64,000 bases of DNA, taken from assembly GCF_963921235.1 (NCBI RefSeq), contig NC_086108.1, positions 86,554,001 through 86,618,000 on the forward strand. Direction: 5' to 3'. Below are positions 38,700 to 50,800 of the stretch, one piece after another. The translations under genes and the position numbers were made by a program. The DNA comes from Mobula hypostoma (taxonomy: Eukaryota). Within the stretch, counting starts at the first letter, position 1, and every line of letters starts with the position of its first letter. Under the pieces are notes generated by a model, which was not told the DNA's origin, searched no databases, and saw only the letters and a list, made by a program, of their open reading frames with translations.

Positions 38700-38953
38700 T
38701 GGTAGCATAGTGGTTAGCACAACCCTTTACAGTACAGGCAACCCGGGTTCAATTCTGGCAGCCTGTAAGGAGTTTGTACATTCTCCCCGTGACCCCGTGG
38801 GTTTCTTCTGGGTGCTCTGGTTTTCTCCTGTAGTCCAAAGATATACTGATCACTGTAAATTACCCCATAGTTGAACTCAGATTAAATTGGAGGATTGTTA
38901 GGTGGTGCAGCTCAAAGGGCCTGGTATGTTCTGTATCTCAATAAATAAATAAA
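38700..38953 (+). mobile_element. tRNA-derived V-SINE (HE1-like)
   Basis: A box TAGCATAGTGG, B box GGTTCAATTC, V-domain-like gtgggtttcttctgggtgctctggtttt, (AAAT)n tail. Similar fragments near 23040-23200 (-), 25500-25720 and 33435-33580. Confidence 0.75.
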
Positions 38954-39061
38954 ACCTTGACATTCCAGCCAATAGGATTCCATGGTGATGATTTTTTACC
39001 AACGTATATGATCTGATCTACCATAGACTTTTACCAATACCTGGCTTGTCAGTGCCAAATG

Positions 39062-39577
39062 CAGACATCCCACCTCTCCCGGAAGTTCTGGGAGTCTCCG
39101 GCATATTGATAGTGGCTCCCTGATACCCGCAAGTTATATACAATATCCCGGAAATCGATTTTTTTTTGAGAGCGAGCGAGCGAGAGAGCAAGAGAGAACG
39201 TGAGCGAGAGAGAGAGCGCGCCATGGCAGAGTGTTCCAAAAAAAAAGAAAATATAAAACGTACGTCACCCTAGGCTACACTAAAGTGTACATCTGTCTAA
39301 CAGGGGTCAAAAATAATGACAGTGTTGCTCGCTGCACTGTTTGCAACAGTGACTTTTCTATTGCCCATGGTGGGTTAAGACTGTAAAAGACATGTTGGGG
39401 TGAGTTTAATGGGTGTCATTTGTTCATTAGCATAGCTAATGTTATTTAAACTAGCTGGCTAGCTGCTAAGGAGCTACTCTATTGCAGACATCCCACCTCT
39501 CCCGGAAGTTCCGGGAGTATCCCACAAATTGATGGAACTACCTCCCTGAAATCAGTTTTTGCAAGGTGGGATGTCTA
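39062..39577 (+). mobile_element. Non-autonomous hAT-like DNA transposon with relic of the transposase first exon
   Basis: TIRs CAGACATCCCACCT / AGGTGGGATGTCTA; CAAATG on both flanks; BED-like finger relic ARCTVCNSDFSIAHGG..DCKRHV followed by GTGAGT. Confidence 0.8.
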
Positions 39578-40404
39578 CAAATGAGTATTTCACTTTATCT
39601 CTCTTAACACTGCCAAAATGCCCAGGCTGCTGATTGTATGAAGATCAATTTAAATGTGCATTGATGGATAACTGTTTGATCAGTGACAGTGATGTCGATT
39701 TCTCTGGAGCAAACACAGCACTGCTTGATGATACTGTTTTTAATATCTGTTATGCTTGATCCTATTGAATCTTTTTAATAAAAATCTTATATGAAATGTA
39801 AATCACCTTAGATAAATACTATATTTACCCAACTGAGCAGTATCCTTTAGAAGAGGGTAAAGCAGCTGTGAACTCTTTGTAATGAAACACTAAAAGAAGT
39901 GAAATTCCAGTCTATATTACTTTTTTATTCATTAGATTGTTAAAGCAAAATCCAGGTTAGCAAATGCATTTTCACCACATTCAGGGGAAGTTTCTTGCTC
40001 AAAGTGTTTGTTTCAAATCCTGCTGAGAGCAATTTCACTCACCCAAGTTGTCTAATAAATTTCAGTAGCTGTTTCTATTTATAGTTCTGATCAATATTCA
40101 TGAAGCTTAGTTATATCAATTGATAGATACGGCCAGTGCTTGTGCTTAGATGTCTTTTCATACCACTGATCAGTTTGCTGATGCAGATTTTGATGGCTAA
40201 GGATTTCTCTAAATTAGTTTTTTTTTGTTGATTCCTATTTGCTGTCCAATCTATTGTAATCATGCAATCCATTGACTTACATAAGGCCGGGAGCAAAGCT
40301 GTATGTTTTTTATTATATTTATGATCCAACATATAATTTACAGCAGATTATTGTCCGATCAAAATTTGCACATGCTTTCTAAAATAAAAGACCTATTATA
40401 GAAA

Positions 40405-40800
40405 AAAGGAGTTGCATTTATATAGCAGCTTTCATGATCTCGGAGTGTCTCAAGGCACTTTACAGGCAATTAAGTGTGATAGCTATTGTAATGTGGTAAA
40501 TGCAACAGATAATTTGTGTGTAACAAGGTCCTATTAACAATGTAATGAGTAGGTTAACTATCTGTTGTTGAGGAAAAACTATTGGCCAATACTGCCGAGA
40601 AAGAAACCTAACTCTTTAGCAGAATAATGAAATCTACTGCGTCCACTTAAGGGAGAATATGGGTGCTAGGTTTAACACCTTATTCAATTGAAAGTATCTC
40701 CAAATGGACAACATTCCCTCATCACTGTATCGATTACTCAGTGTAGTTCCACACTGAAATCTCTGAATTGGGGCTTAATACAAAATGTTCTGACAGAGAG
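40405..40800 (-). mobile_element. Ancient Deu-domain SINE relic (SacSINE1/AmnSINE1-like)
   Basis: ttgcatttatatagc...aaggcactttaca (L2-type tail) through gtccacttaagggaga...ggtttaacacctta; matched from memory of the consensus. Related relics at ~9290-9420 (-) and ~50545-50720 (+). Confidence 0.6.
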
Positions 40801-41294
40801 ATTCCACCCCTCCCCCCAACTAATGTACTTTTAAAGTAAATAGCTGTTAACTTGTTTGATTTCAATTGGATTCTATTATCGGTGTCTACAGTTATGAGAC
40901 GAATGCCTGTTGTGAGATATTAAGGTGAATAGATATCTGCCAGAGGTGCAGACTCAGAATTGTAATTGACACATCCAGTCAGATCTTGAGGTAGTTTTCT
41001 GCTCGTTCATCTGATGAGGATTGTAGCTGTCTGTTCCTTTCATACTCGCTCTCGGTTTGCATTTAAAAAAAAACGGTCTTGCAGCACCCCAACTTCCGCA
41101 GCAGAGGAGAACATCCCTCACAACTTGCTGGAGGAACTCAGCAGGTCGGGCAGCATCCGTAGAAAGGATCAGTTAATGTTTCGGGCCAGAACCTTTCATC
41201 AGGACTGTAGAGGGAAGGGGCAGAGGCCCTATAAAGAAGGTGGGGGGAGGGTGGGAAGGAGAAGGCTGGAAGGTTCCAGGTGAAAAACCAGTGA

Positions 41295-41643
41295 GGGGAA
41301 AGATAAAGGGGTGGGGAAGGGAAAGCAGGGAGGTGATAGGCAGGTAAGGTGAAGAAGGAATAGGGGAAAGATAAAGGGGTGGGGAAGGGAAAGCAGGGAG
41401 GTGATAGGCAGGTAAGGTGAAGAAGGAATAGGGGAAAGATAAAGGGGTGGGGAAGGGAAAGCAGGGAGGTGATAGGCAGGAAAGGTGAAGAAGGAATAGG
41501 GGAAAGATAAAGGGGTGGGGAAGGGAAAGCAGGGAGGTGATAGGCAGGTAAGGTGAAGAAGGAATAGGGGAAAGATAAAGGGGTGGGGAAGGGAAAGCAG
41601 GGAGGTGATAGGCAGGTAAGGTGAAGAAGGAATAGGGGAAAGC
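41295..41643. repeat. 68-bp G-rich tandem repeat, 5 copies
   Basis: Unit starts ggggaaagataaaggggtgggg at 41295, 41363, 41431, 41499 and 41567, with a partial copy at 41635. Confidence 0.95.
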
Positions 41644-41744
41644 ACAATGGGTGGTAGGAGGAGGTGGAACCATGAGGGAAGGTGATAGGCAGCTGGGGGA
41701 GGGGGCAGAGTGAAACTGGGATGGGGGACGGGAGGGGGAGGGAA

Positions 41745-43793
41745 TTACCAGAAGTTGGAGAATTCAATGTTCGTACCAAGGGCCTGCAGACTACCCAGAC
41801 GGTATATGAGGTGTTGCTCCTCCAACCTGAGTTTAGCCTCATCATGGCAGTAGAGGAGGCCATGTATGGACATATCCAAATGGGAATGTGAAGCAGAGTT
41901 GAAGTGGGTGGCTATTGGGAAATCCTGTCTGCTGTGGCGGACCGAGCGGAGGTGCTCGAAGAAGCAGTCCCCCAATTTGCGTCGGGTTTCACCGATGTAG
42001 AGGAGGCCGCACCGGGAGTACTGGGTGCAATAGATGACCCCAACAGACTCACAAGTGAAGTGTTGCCTCACCTGGAAGGACTGTTTGGGGCCCTGAATGG
42101 TGGCAAGAGAGGAGATGTAGGGACAGGTGTAGCACTTACGCTTACAGGGATAAGTGCCTAGTGGGAGATCCGTGGGGAGGGACGTGTGGATAAAGGAGTC
42201 ACGGAGGGAATGATTCCTGCAGAAAGCGGAGAGGGGTGGAGAGGTAAAGATGTGCTTAGTGGTGGGGTCCTGTTGAAGGTGGCGGAAGTTGTGGAGGATA
42301 ATGTATTGGATCTGGAGGCTGGTGGGGTGGTAGGTGAGGACAAGGGGAACTCTATCCCTGTTGTGGTGACGGGAGGATGGGGTGAGAGCCGAAGAGTGGG
42401 AAATGGAAGAGATGCAGGTGAGGGCATCACTGATGACGGCAGAAGGGAAACCACGATCCTTAAAGAAAGAGGATATTTGAGATGTCCTGGAATGGAAAGC
42501 CTCATCCTGGGAGCAGATGCAGCGGAGGCGGAGGAAATGGGAATAGGGAATGGGATTTTTGCATGTTGCAGGGTGGGAAGAGGTATAGTTGAGGTAGTTA
42601 TGAGAGTCAGTGGGCTTATAAAAGATGTCTGCGGACCGTCTGTCTCCAGAGATGGAGACCGAGAAATCGAGAAAAGGGAGAGAAGTGTCCGAGATGGACC
42701 AAGTGAATTTGAGGGCTGGGTGGAATTTTGAAGTAAAGTCGATGAAATTGACGAGTTCAGCATGGGTGCAGGAAGCAGCACCAATGTAGTCGTCAATGTA
42801 GCAAAGGAAAAGTTGGGGAGCAGTGCCAGTATAGGTTTGGAGCACAGACTGTTCCACATAACCAACAAAGAGGCAGGCATAGCTGGGACCCATGCAAGTG
42901 CCCATAACTACACCCTCAGTCTGAGGAAAGTGGGAAGAGCCAAAAGAGAAGTTATTAAGCGTGAGTACCAGTTCTGCCAACCGGAGGAGTGTAGTGGTGG
43001 TGGGGAACTGGAAGTTATTGAGGAGGTGGAGGGTATGGGATGTATGCAGGATGTTGGTGGGGAGGGACTGAACTATGGGTGGCAAAATGGAGTCCAGGTA
43101 GGCAGATACAAGTTCGGTGGGACAGGAGCAGGCAGAAACTATGGGTCTACCTGGGCAGTCAGGCTTGTGGATCTTGGGGAGGAGGTAAAACTGAGCAGTA
43201 CTGGGTGTGGGAATTATGAGTTTAGCGGCTGAGGATGGAAGGTCTCCGGGGTTGATAAGGGCAGTGATGGTATGGGAGACAATGGTTTGATGTTTTTTGG
43301 TGGGGTCCTGTTCCAGGGGTAAGTAAGAGGAGATGTCAGAGAGCTGCCTTTTGGCCTCAGTGAGGTAGAGGCCCGTCCGCCAGACTACTACGGCACCACC
43401 TTTGTCTGCCGGTTTGATGGTGGAGTTGGGATTAGTGCAGAGAGAGTGGAGGGCAGTACGTTCAGAGGGAGTGAGGTTAGAACAGGAGAGAGGAATGGTG
43501 AAGTTGAGACGGTTGATGTCTCGGCGACAGTTGGAGATGAAAAGATCGAGTGCAGGTAGAAGGCCTGGGCGGGGTGTCCAGGAGGAGGAGGAGGGTTGAA
43601 GACAGGATAAGGGGTCATCAGTGGGGGGAGGGGAATCCTTGCCAAAGAAGTAGGCTCGGAGATGTAGGAGACGGAGGAAGAGTTCAACGTCATGGTGGGC
43701 ACGGAACTCACTGAGGTGTGGAGGGAGGGGGACAAAAGTGAGGCCCTTGCTAAGGACAGAACGTTCTGCCTCAGAGAGGGATGGAGAAGACAC
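41745..43793 (-). pseudogene. Penelope RT + GIY-YIG endonuclease, open for 682 codons but with an in-frame deletion of RT motif A
   Basis: LSKGLTF, IKPADKGGAVVV, YLLPKIHK...GRPIVS, GVVMG, YIDD, FLD, YKPT and GVIYC...LYIGET are present; the D..SLYT.IP block is absent between NNFQFP and TTTTLLRL. Confidence 0.9.
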
Positions 43794-43822
43794 AGCAAGG
43801 GTTGGGGCTGGGGTCAGAGGAG

Positions 43823-44687
43823 GGATGACTCTGCCATAGTTGGATGCATCAGCAAGGGAGATGAGGCTGAGTACAGGGCTACGGTAGGAAACTTTGTCAC
43901 ATGGTGTGAGCAGAATTATCTGCAGCTTAATGTGAAAAAGACTAAGGAGCTGGTGGTAGACCTGAGGAGGGCCAAGGCTCCAGTGACCCCTGTTTCCATT
44001 CAGGGGGTCAGTGTGGACATGGTGGAGGATTACAAATACCTGGGGATACGAATTGACAATAAACTGGACTGGTCAAAGAACACTGAGGCTGTCTACAAGA
44101 AGGGTCAGAGCCATCTCTATTTCCTGAGGAGACTGAGGTCCTTTAACATCTGCCGGACGATGCTCAGGATGTTCTATGAGTCTGTGGTGGCCAGTGCAAT
44201 TATGTTTGCTGTTGTGTGCTGGGGCAGCAGGCAGAAGGTAGCAGACGCCAACAGAATCAACAAACTCATTCATAAGGCCAGTGATATTGTGGGGATGGAA
44301 CTGGGCTCGCTGACGGTGGTGTCTGAAAAGAGGATGCTGTCCAAGTTGCATGCCATCTTGGACAATGTCTCCCATCCGCTACATAATGTACTGGGTGGGC
44401 ACAGGAGTACATTCAGCCAGAGACTCATTCCACCGAGATGCAACACAGAGCGTCATAGGAAGTCATTCCTGCCTGTGGCCATCAAACTTTACAACTCCTC
44501 CCTTGGAGGGTCAGACACCCTGAGCCAATAGGCTGGTCCTGGACTTATTTCCTGGCATAATTTACATATTATTATTTAATTATTTCTGGTTTTATATGGC
44601 TATATTTATACTCTGTTCTTGGTTGGTGCAACTGTAATGAAACCAAATTTCCCTCGGGATCAATAAAGTATGACTATGACTATGACT
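43823..44687 (+). mobile_element. Young 5'-truncated Rex1/Babar-type LINE with (TATGAC)n tail
   Basis: Uninterrupted frame from DDSAIVGCI through LQLNVKKTKELVVD and YKYLG to the stop at 44531; AATAAA and tail. Confidence 0.92.
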
Positions 44688-45526
44688 AAAGAGTGGGAGG
44701 TCTCAGGAGGGAGAGGGGGCTTGGGATATTCAGGGAGAGCAGGGTTAGGGGAGGATGAGGGATCAGAGGAATGGAGGGGCACTGGGGGCAGAGGGAAGGT
44801 TGGGAGCCACGAGGAGGAAAGAGGATAGTGGAGGAGTAAGACGAGCGGTAGGACCCAGCGGCAGTAAGAGCAGTCCCGGTCTGCAGAGGGTCAGGAGCTC
44901 GGTCCGAGCTGAATCTGGAGCTGGGTGTGGCAAAGCCTGTGGCCTGCAGGGCGCCAGAACTGAGGTCGGAGTCGGGAGTGAGCGAGGAAAACATCCGCTT
45001 AATCTGTAGCAACACACACAGAAAGCTGGAGGAACTCAGCAGATCGGGCAGCTTTTATGGAGAGGAATAAACAGTCGATGTTTCGGGCCAAGACCCTTCA
45101 TGAGGACTAATCTGTACTTAACACAATCAGAGATGTGGTAGATGAGGCACAGTTGCTCTACTTCCCTTGTGTTACTCAGGCAAAATCATATGGGGATACT
45201 GCCACTGACTTATATCCAATGAACCCAGCTGGAAGCTGTGATATTTGCATCCGAATGTGATCCAAAACTGATATTAGCCAGAACAGAAATCACATTAGTG
45301 ATCATTTCCAGGTGAAACTGAGCCAATTGCAAAGAAGAATGTGTACTTCTGGTCCACGCCCAACATATTTCCTCAGCATTAAACTTGTACTCAATGACAT
45401 CAATCATCATGCCATGCATGTTTAAGCCCTTTCTCATATATTTTGGAACTGCAAGCTGCAGCAAATGATGGTTGCAGAAAGGTCACAAGAGAGCTAGAAC
45501 TGCATTACGCCACATAACACTTAAAG

Positions 45527-45593
45527 CTGGGGTCCATGGATCCCTCAGTTAATGGTAGGGGTCCACGACATAATGAAAGGTTGTGAACCCCTG
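45527..45593. mobile_element. 67-bp hAT MITE
   Basis: Exact 8-bp TSD ACTTAAAG (45519-45526 / 45594-45601); ends ctggggtcc / gaacccctg. Confidence 0.8.
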
Positions 45594-46254
45594 ACTTAAA
45601 GGGACAGTCTATTGATACCTTGCAAGAGGGCTCCACCATTACCTGTAGACTGTTTAAAGCATAGAGAATTGTTTCCATCTAATAGCCTCCTTCCGCTATC
45701 CTGCTACGTTATCCCTGATGCAGAATACTAAGTAACCCTTCCATGCTTTGCATTTGGAGGCTTGGATATTAGTGATGGGTAAAGGAAATTAATTGTTGAT
45801 ATGGGGTGAGGATTGAGGGTGTGGTTGGAGAAGGTGGAGTGTGGAGTTGATAAGTGTTTGCATGTGTAGTGAAGGTGATATCACTTGTGTGTAAAATGGA
45901 CAGTTATTGATAACAAAGGGTTGAAGTGATTTCCTTTGCTCTTTATTTATCTCTGTATTGTTGTATATGAAGTGCCTCAGTTAACCAGAAATACCTTTTA
46001 GGGTTTTCTGTGTTCCCTAGGTATTATTCGGTCCACTCTTCACGTGATGTCACCAAGAAACTACAAGTGCTCGTATACCAACATGTGCATAACTGAGAGT
46101 CTCTTGCTTTCTCATGGTGGATAAGTCTGCTTATACACGTAGTTTGTATTTTCCTGATCCGCATCCCATCCTAACATGTCTTGTGAGATTGTGAAGTTTC
46201 TTACAACATTGCTCCCTTGTGTACAGATATCCACTGCTTAAGGAGAGAAGACAT

Positions 46255-46790
46255 CAGAATGAGAATTAGGTTTTAATATCACCGGCATATGTCGTGGAAT
46301 TTGTTAACTTAGTGGCAACAGTTCATTCCAATACACGATAATATAGAAAAAACATTAAATGAATTGCCATAATATATATGTATATTTAATAGTTACATTA
46401 AGAGTAGTGCAAAAACAGAAATAATAAAAAAATTGAGGTAGTGTTCATGGGTTCAAAATCCATTTAGAAATCAGATGGCAGAGGGGAAGAAGCTATTCCT
46501 GAATCGCTGAGTGTGCACCTTTAAGTTCCTGTACCTCCTTCCTGACAGTTACAATGAGAAAAGGGCATGAACTGGGTGATGGGGGTCATTAATAATGAAC
46601 GCCGCCTCTATGAGGCACTGCTCCTTGAAGATGTCTGGATACTGCGGGGGGCTACTACCCACGATGGAGTTGACTAATTTTACAATTTCCTGTCGCTTCT
46701 TTTGATCCTGTACAGTAGCTCCCCCATATCAGACAGTGATGCAGCCTGTCAGAATGCTCTCCATGGTACATCTGTAAAAGTTTTGAGTAT
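46255..46790 (-). mobile_element. Rex1-type 3' end
   Basis: tcagaatgagaattaggttttaatatcac tail and gaagaagctattcctgaa...acagtgatgcagcctgtcagaatgctctc (ESILTGCITV). Many similar short tails occur elsewhere. Confidence 0.75.
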
Positions 46791-48157
46791 TTTTTTCTTC
46801 TCCTGCCAGATTCTTATGATGGTAGTTCTCATGAATCTCCCCATGCTGTAGTTCTCAACGATCCCTCTTCTATCATTACCACCTCACTGATGAAAACTTT
46901 TGTTAACTACTGCTGTAAACTGTGCAGTTCACTCCCTCTCCCCTGTAGATTTTCTCTCCCATGGCAGGCATAGACTGTGTTGGTGTTGCCTGGCTACCAT
47001 TGGGAATGTGCCTTTAAGAGCTGACACCCATCTCTGAGAGCAGGCAAGTGAAGTGTCAGCAGGTGCATTGAATTTAGCCTGGCCCTTCAGGGACAGCGCC
47101 CATCATATTCCAGTGCTTCTTCCTGTGATAATAACATCCCAACACTGCCGCATAGTTCCATTTAACCCGTTTCGCACTTTTGGAGGGGTCTTAAAACGGA
47201 GCTACTGAATGTCCAAAGCAGGATTTGGAACAAGCGTGTTGTAATGCTCTTCACCGTCCTTTAGTCAGGACTGATTTTTCAATCAAGGGCAGACAATAAA
47301 AATAATGGAATGAGTACAATCGTTGTGAAAAATATGAATCTAATTGCAGATTTCATTTCACTTTGCATCCCATCCAATTTTCCAGTTAGTTTTGTGTTGA
47401 CAGAATAAGTAGTTGGTTTTATTATCACTGGACCCAGTGATATCAAAAAAGATTTGCACACTATTTCTCAGTGTTGACAGCTGCATAATGCCCAGGCCTT
47501 TATTAAGGTGGGTGAATGAGTGCCATTCAAAGAATGTTTTTAAAGGACTCTATAATTAAATTTCTAGGAGTTCTTTAAGGCTATTTCTAAAATTATTTTC
47601 TTGCCTATTTTCTCTCCCTTACTTGATCATCAAGCCCTGAACCTTCTGTTCAGTATTTAGCAACATCCTCGTGCTTTTGGCTTCCACAGCTTTGAGTTTC
47701 CTTTTAGTCAAAATAAACATGGTCAAAGTACATATATGTGACCATACACAACACTGAGATTCATTCTCTTGTGTGCAAACTCAATAAATCTATAGAATAA
47801 TAATCATAACAGAATAAATTAAAGACTACACCAACCTGGGTGTTCAACTAATGTGCAAAAGACAACAAACTGCAAATACAAAAAGAAAGACATAATAAAA
47901 ATGAATAAATAAGCAATAAATATAGAGCATATGAGAGAAAGAGTGCTTGAAAGTGAGTCCCTTGGTTATGGAAGCACTTCAATGATTGGGCAAGTGAAGT
48001 TCGAAGATTTAAAGTACATTTATTATCAAGGTATGTATGCCGTATACTACCCTGATATTCCTCATATCGGTTACAATAGCCTTCCATTCATTTCCACTTA
48101 CCCTGTTAATTCTGACAACTGAAACTTCCTAAATTACAAAAAAGCTCCCAGAAGAAA

Positions 48158-49268
48158 TGTCGTCGTTGTCGTCATGGCTATCCCTCGAGGTCGAGGATGA
48201 TGGCCTTCGTTCTGTTGATCTACTTATGGACTCTCAAGTGGCTTATGAGTCCAATCTTGGCTTCGAAAGCTCTTCCGCATTCAGGACAGGTAGTTCCAGA
48301 TGGCAGATCGGGCTTTGGTTGTTGCTGCCTCTCTTTCCATTTTCTTCTCTTTTCTTCTAATTCTGCACATCTGTTGGCTTCGAAAGTTGCTGTTCCTTCT
48401 CGGATGATGGCTTGCCAGAGTTTCCTGACCTTGGCATTGGTTTCCCAATTGTTGATGTCGCTGTTACATTTCTTCATGTTGGCTTTTAAGACGTCTTTGA
48501 ATCTCTTCTGTTGTCCGCCTCTTTTATGTTTGCCTTCTTTAAGCTGGGAGCAGAAGATTTGTTTCAGCAGACGTTCGCCTTTCATCCAAACAACATGACC
48601 GCTCCATCTTAGTTGGTTCCTGATGACGTAGGCTTCAATACTTGTTGTTTTTGCTTCATTTAGCACACTGACGTTGGTTCTTCTATCTTCCCAGCTGATA
48701 TTTAAGATGTTTCAAAGACGGCATTGATGGAACTTTTCAAGTGCCTTCAGATGTCATGGGTATGTTGTCCAGGTTTCTGATGCATACAGGAGCGTTGAGA
48801 TTACCACTGCTTTGTACACTAACTTTTTGATGTCTGTTTGGATGTCACGATCATGAAAGACTCTTGTTCGGAGACGTCCAAAAGCTGTTCCAGCGCATTT
48901 AAGACGATGTTGGATCTTGTCATTAAGGCCGACATTGGAGGAGAGGTGACTTCCAAGATACGGAAAGTGGTCCAGCTTTTCCAGAGTTGTTTCGCCAAGT
49001 TGATTTGATGGTCCTATACAATTTGTCTCAATTGGAGACGGTTGATAGATTATCTCAGTCTTTTTGGAATTGATGGTAAGTCCAGGTTTTGTGTATGCAT
49101 GGTTGAAGGCAGTCAGAATCTGAAAGAGCTGCAACACTGTTGTCATCTGCGTATTGGAACTTGATGAGGGAACTTGTGGATTTGCTTCGTTTTGGATTTG
49201 AGACGGGCAAGATTGAAAAGTCTGCCATCTGTTCTGTAGACAATTTCGATTCCTGGGGATATGTCCTA
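48158..49268 (-). mobile_element. RTE (BovB-like) LINE 3' part with (GAC)n tail
   Basis: FQYADD, DHFPYLGS, VYKAVVISTLLYASETWT, QLRWSGHV and the terminal C2H2 finger CPECGR...ISHLRVH. Confidence 0.9.
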
Positions 49269-49640
49269 CCCATATAACCATATAACAATTACAGCACGGA
49301 AACAGGCCACCTCGGCCCTCCTAGTCCATGCCGAACTCTTACTCTCACCTAGTCCCACTGACCTGCACTCAGCCCATAACCCTCCATTCCTTTCCTGTCC
49401 ATGTATCTATCCAATTTAACTTTAAATGACAACATCGAACCTGCCTCAACCACTTCTGCTGGAAGCTCGTTCCACACAGCTACCACTCTCTGAGTAAAGC
49501 AGTTCCCCCTCATGTTACCCCTAAACTTTTGCCCTTTAACTCTCAACTCATATCCTCTTGTTTGAATTTCCCCGTCTCAATAGAAAAAGCCTATCGACGT
49601 CAACTCTATCAATCCCCCTCATAATTTTAAACCCCTCAAC
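49269..49640 (-). mobile_element. Young CR1 3' end
   Basis: ORF 49349..49546 (FTQRVVAVWNELP); (accatata)n tail. Confidence 0.88.
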
Positions 49641-50800
49641 CTCTACGCTCCTTCTACCCCTGGAAGAAATGTACTAATAACATGATTGAGACTGCACAGT
49701 CTCAATTGTTTCTTATTTAGGCCTCCAAGGGAAATGTTCATGCTGGATTCGTGAATCATTTCACAAGAATCCTTATGCCATGAAATACTGGCTCCAACAT
49801 TCTGCAGCAACCTTAATTTAGATTTACAAAGCAATTCCTGATGGTTTCTTGACACTATTGTGTAGATTGACAGTAAACTCCTGTTTTCCTGAGGGTGGAG
49901 GAAAGCAAACTGTCAAACAATCTGTTGCAATTTTCAACTTGCAATATATCTCCTCCTCACCACAATTTGCTCAGGGATTTGCACGTTAACAATGAAAAAT
50001 GTTGTGACATAAGGTAAATGCAATATTGCAGCTACTGGATCAGCAACCAGCAAATCACACCTTAGAAACTAGAGAAATTAAGTTCAACTAATTTAATTAA
50101 TTGGGAACATTTCTTTAAAAAATGTCAGTTATATTAACAGTAAACATTAAGTTAATAGATTCTTGTTCGACAACTAACCAAATGTTAATGTATGAGAAGC
50201 TTTTGATGGCTTTGGGCCTGTACTCACTAGATTTTAGAAGAATCGAGGAGTGGGGATCTCACTGCAACCTACTGAATAGTGATTTCAGGGGGTTTAGAAT
50301 TTAAAAGCAAGGATGCTGGTTGTTGACACAAAATGATGCATTTCCCTGTACATGTGAGAAATAAGGCTAATCTTTCATCTTTACTGCTGTGTCACCGAGA
50401 CTCTGTTGCAAGTGTTTTTCTCAGAAGTTTCAAAGAGAGCTGGATTATCTTTGGAATATTGGACACTAACTGAAGCCACAATGGCTGTTTCAGATATCAG
50501 ATTCCTTGACACTATTTCAATGAATAGGGAAATTAAATTTAGTTTCCCGGCCAATATTTATACCTCAATCGATCAATAAGCGATTACCTGATCAATATAA
50601 TACTCTTTGTAGGAGTTTGCTGTGTTCAAATTGATTCTCATGGTTATATAGCAGTGATATACTTCAGAATAGATTGGCTGTCAAGTACTTTGGTCAATAT
50701 GAATGTGGCAAAAACAAATTTATCTTCCTTTCACTGGATGACACTTTGTCATACTATTCTGCGTTATATCGTATTTTATTTTAACATGTGCTATACTATA

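Larger units (their letters stand above)
41115..45108 (-). mobile_element. Long Penelope-like element with tail sequence at both ends, interrupted by a Rex insertion
   Basis: Tail/hammerhead motifs at 41170-41206 and 45073-45108 in the same orientation, with an RT plus GIY-YIG frame between them. Confidence 0.85.

Noticed and set aside
40987..41042. let-7-like TGAGGTAGT start
   Set aside because: Only the first 9 nt match and no complementary 3' arm forms a precursor hairpin.
41138..41863. Pro/Phe/Leu-rich ORFs of 138-241 aa
   Set aside because: Translations of the 68-bp tandem repeat and Penelope tail.
42158..43232. Overlapping alternative-frame and antisense ORFs
   Set aside because: Shadows of the C-rich Penelope coding strand; most other short ORFs in the track are likewise TE shadows or chance.
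43692..44531. 279-aa host gene
   Set aside because: Chimeric frame running from antisense Penelope sequence into a truncated Rex RT.
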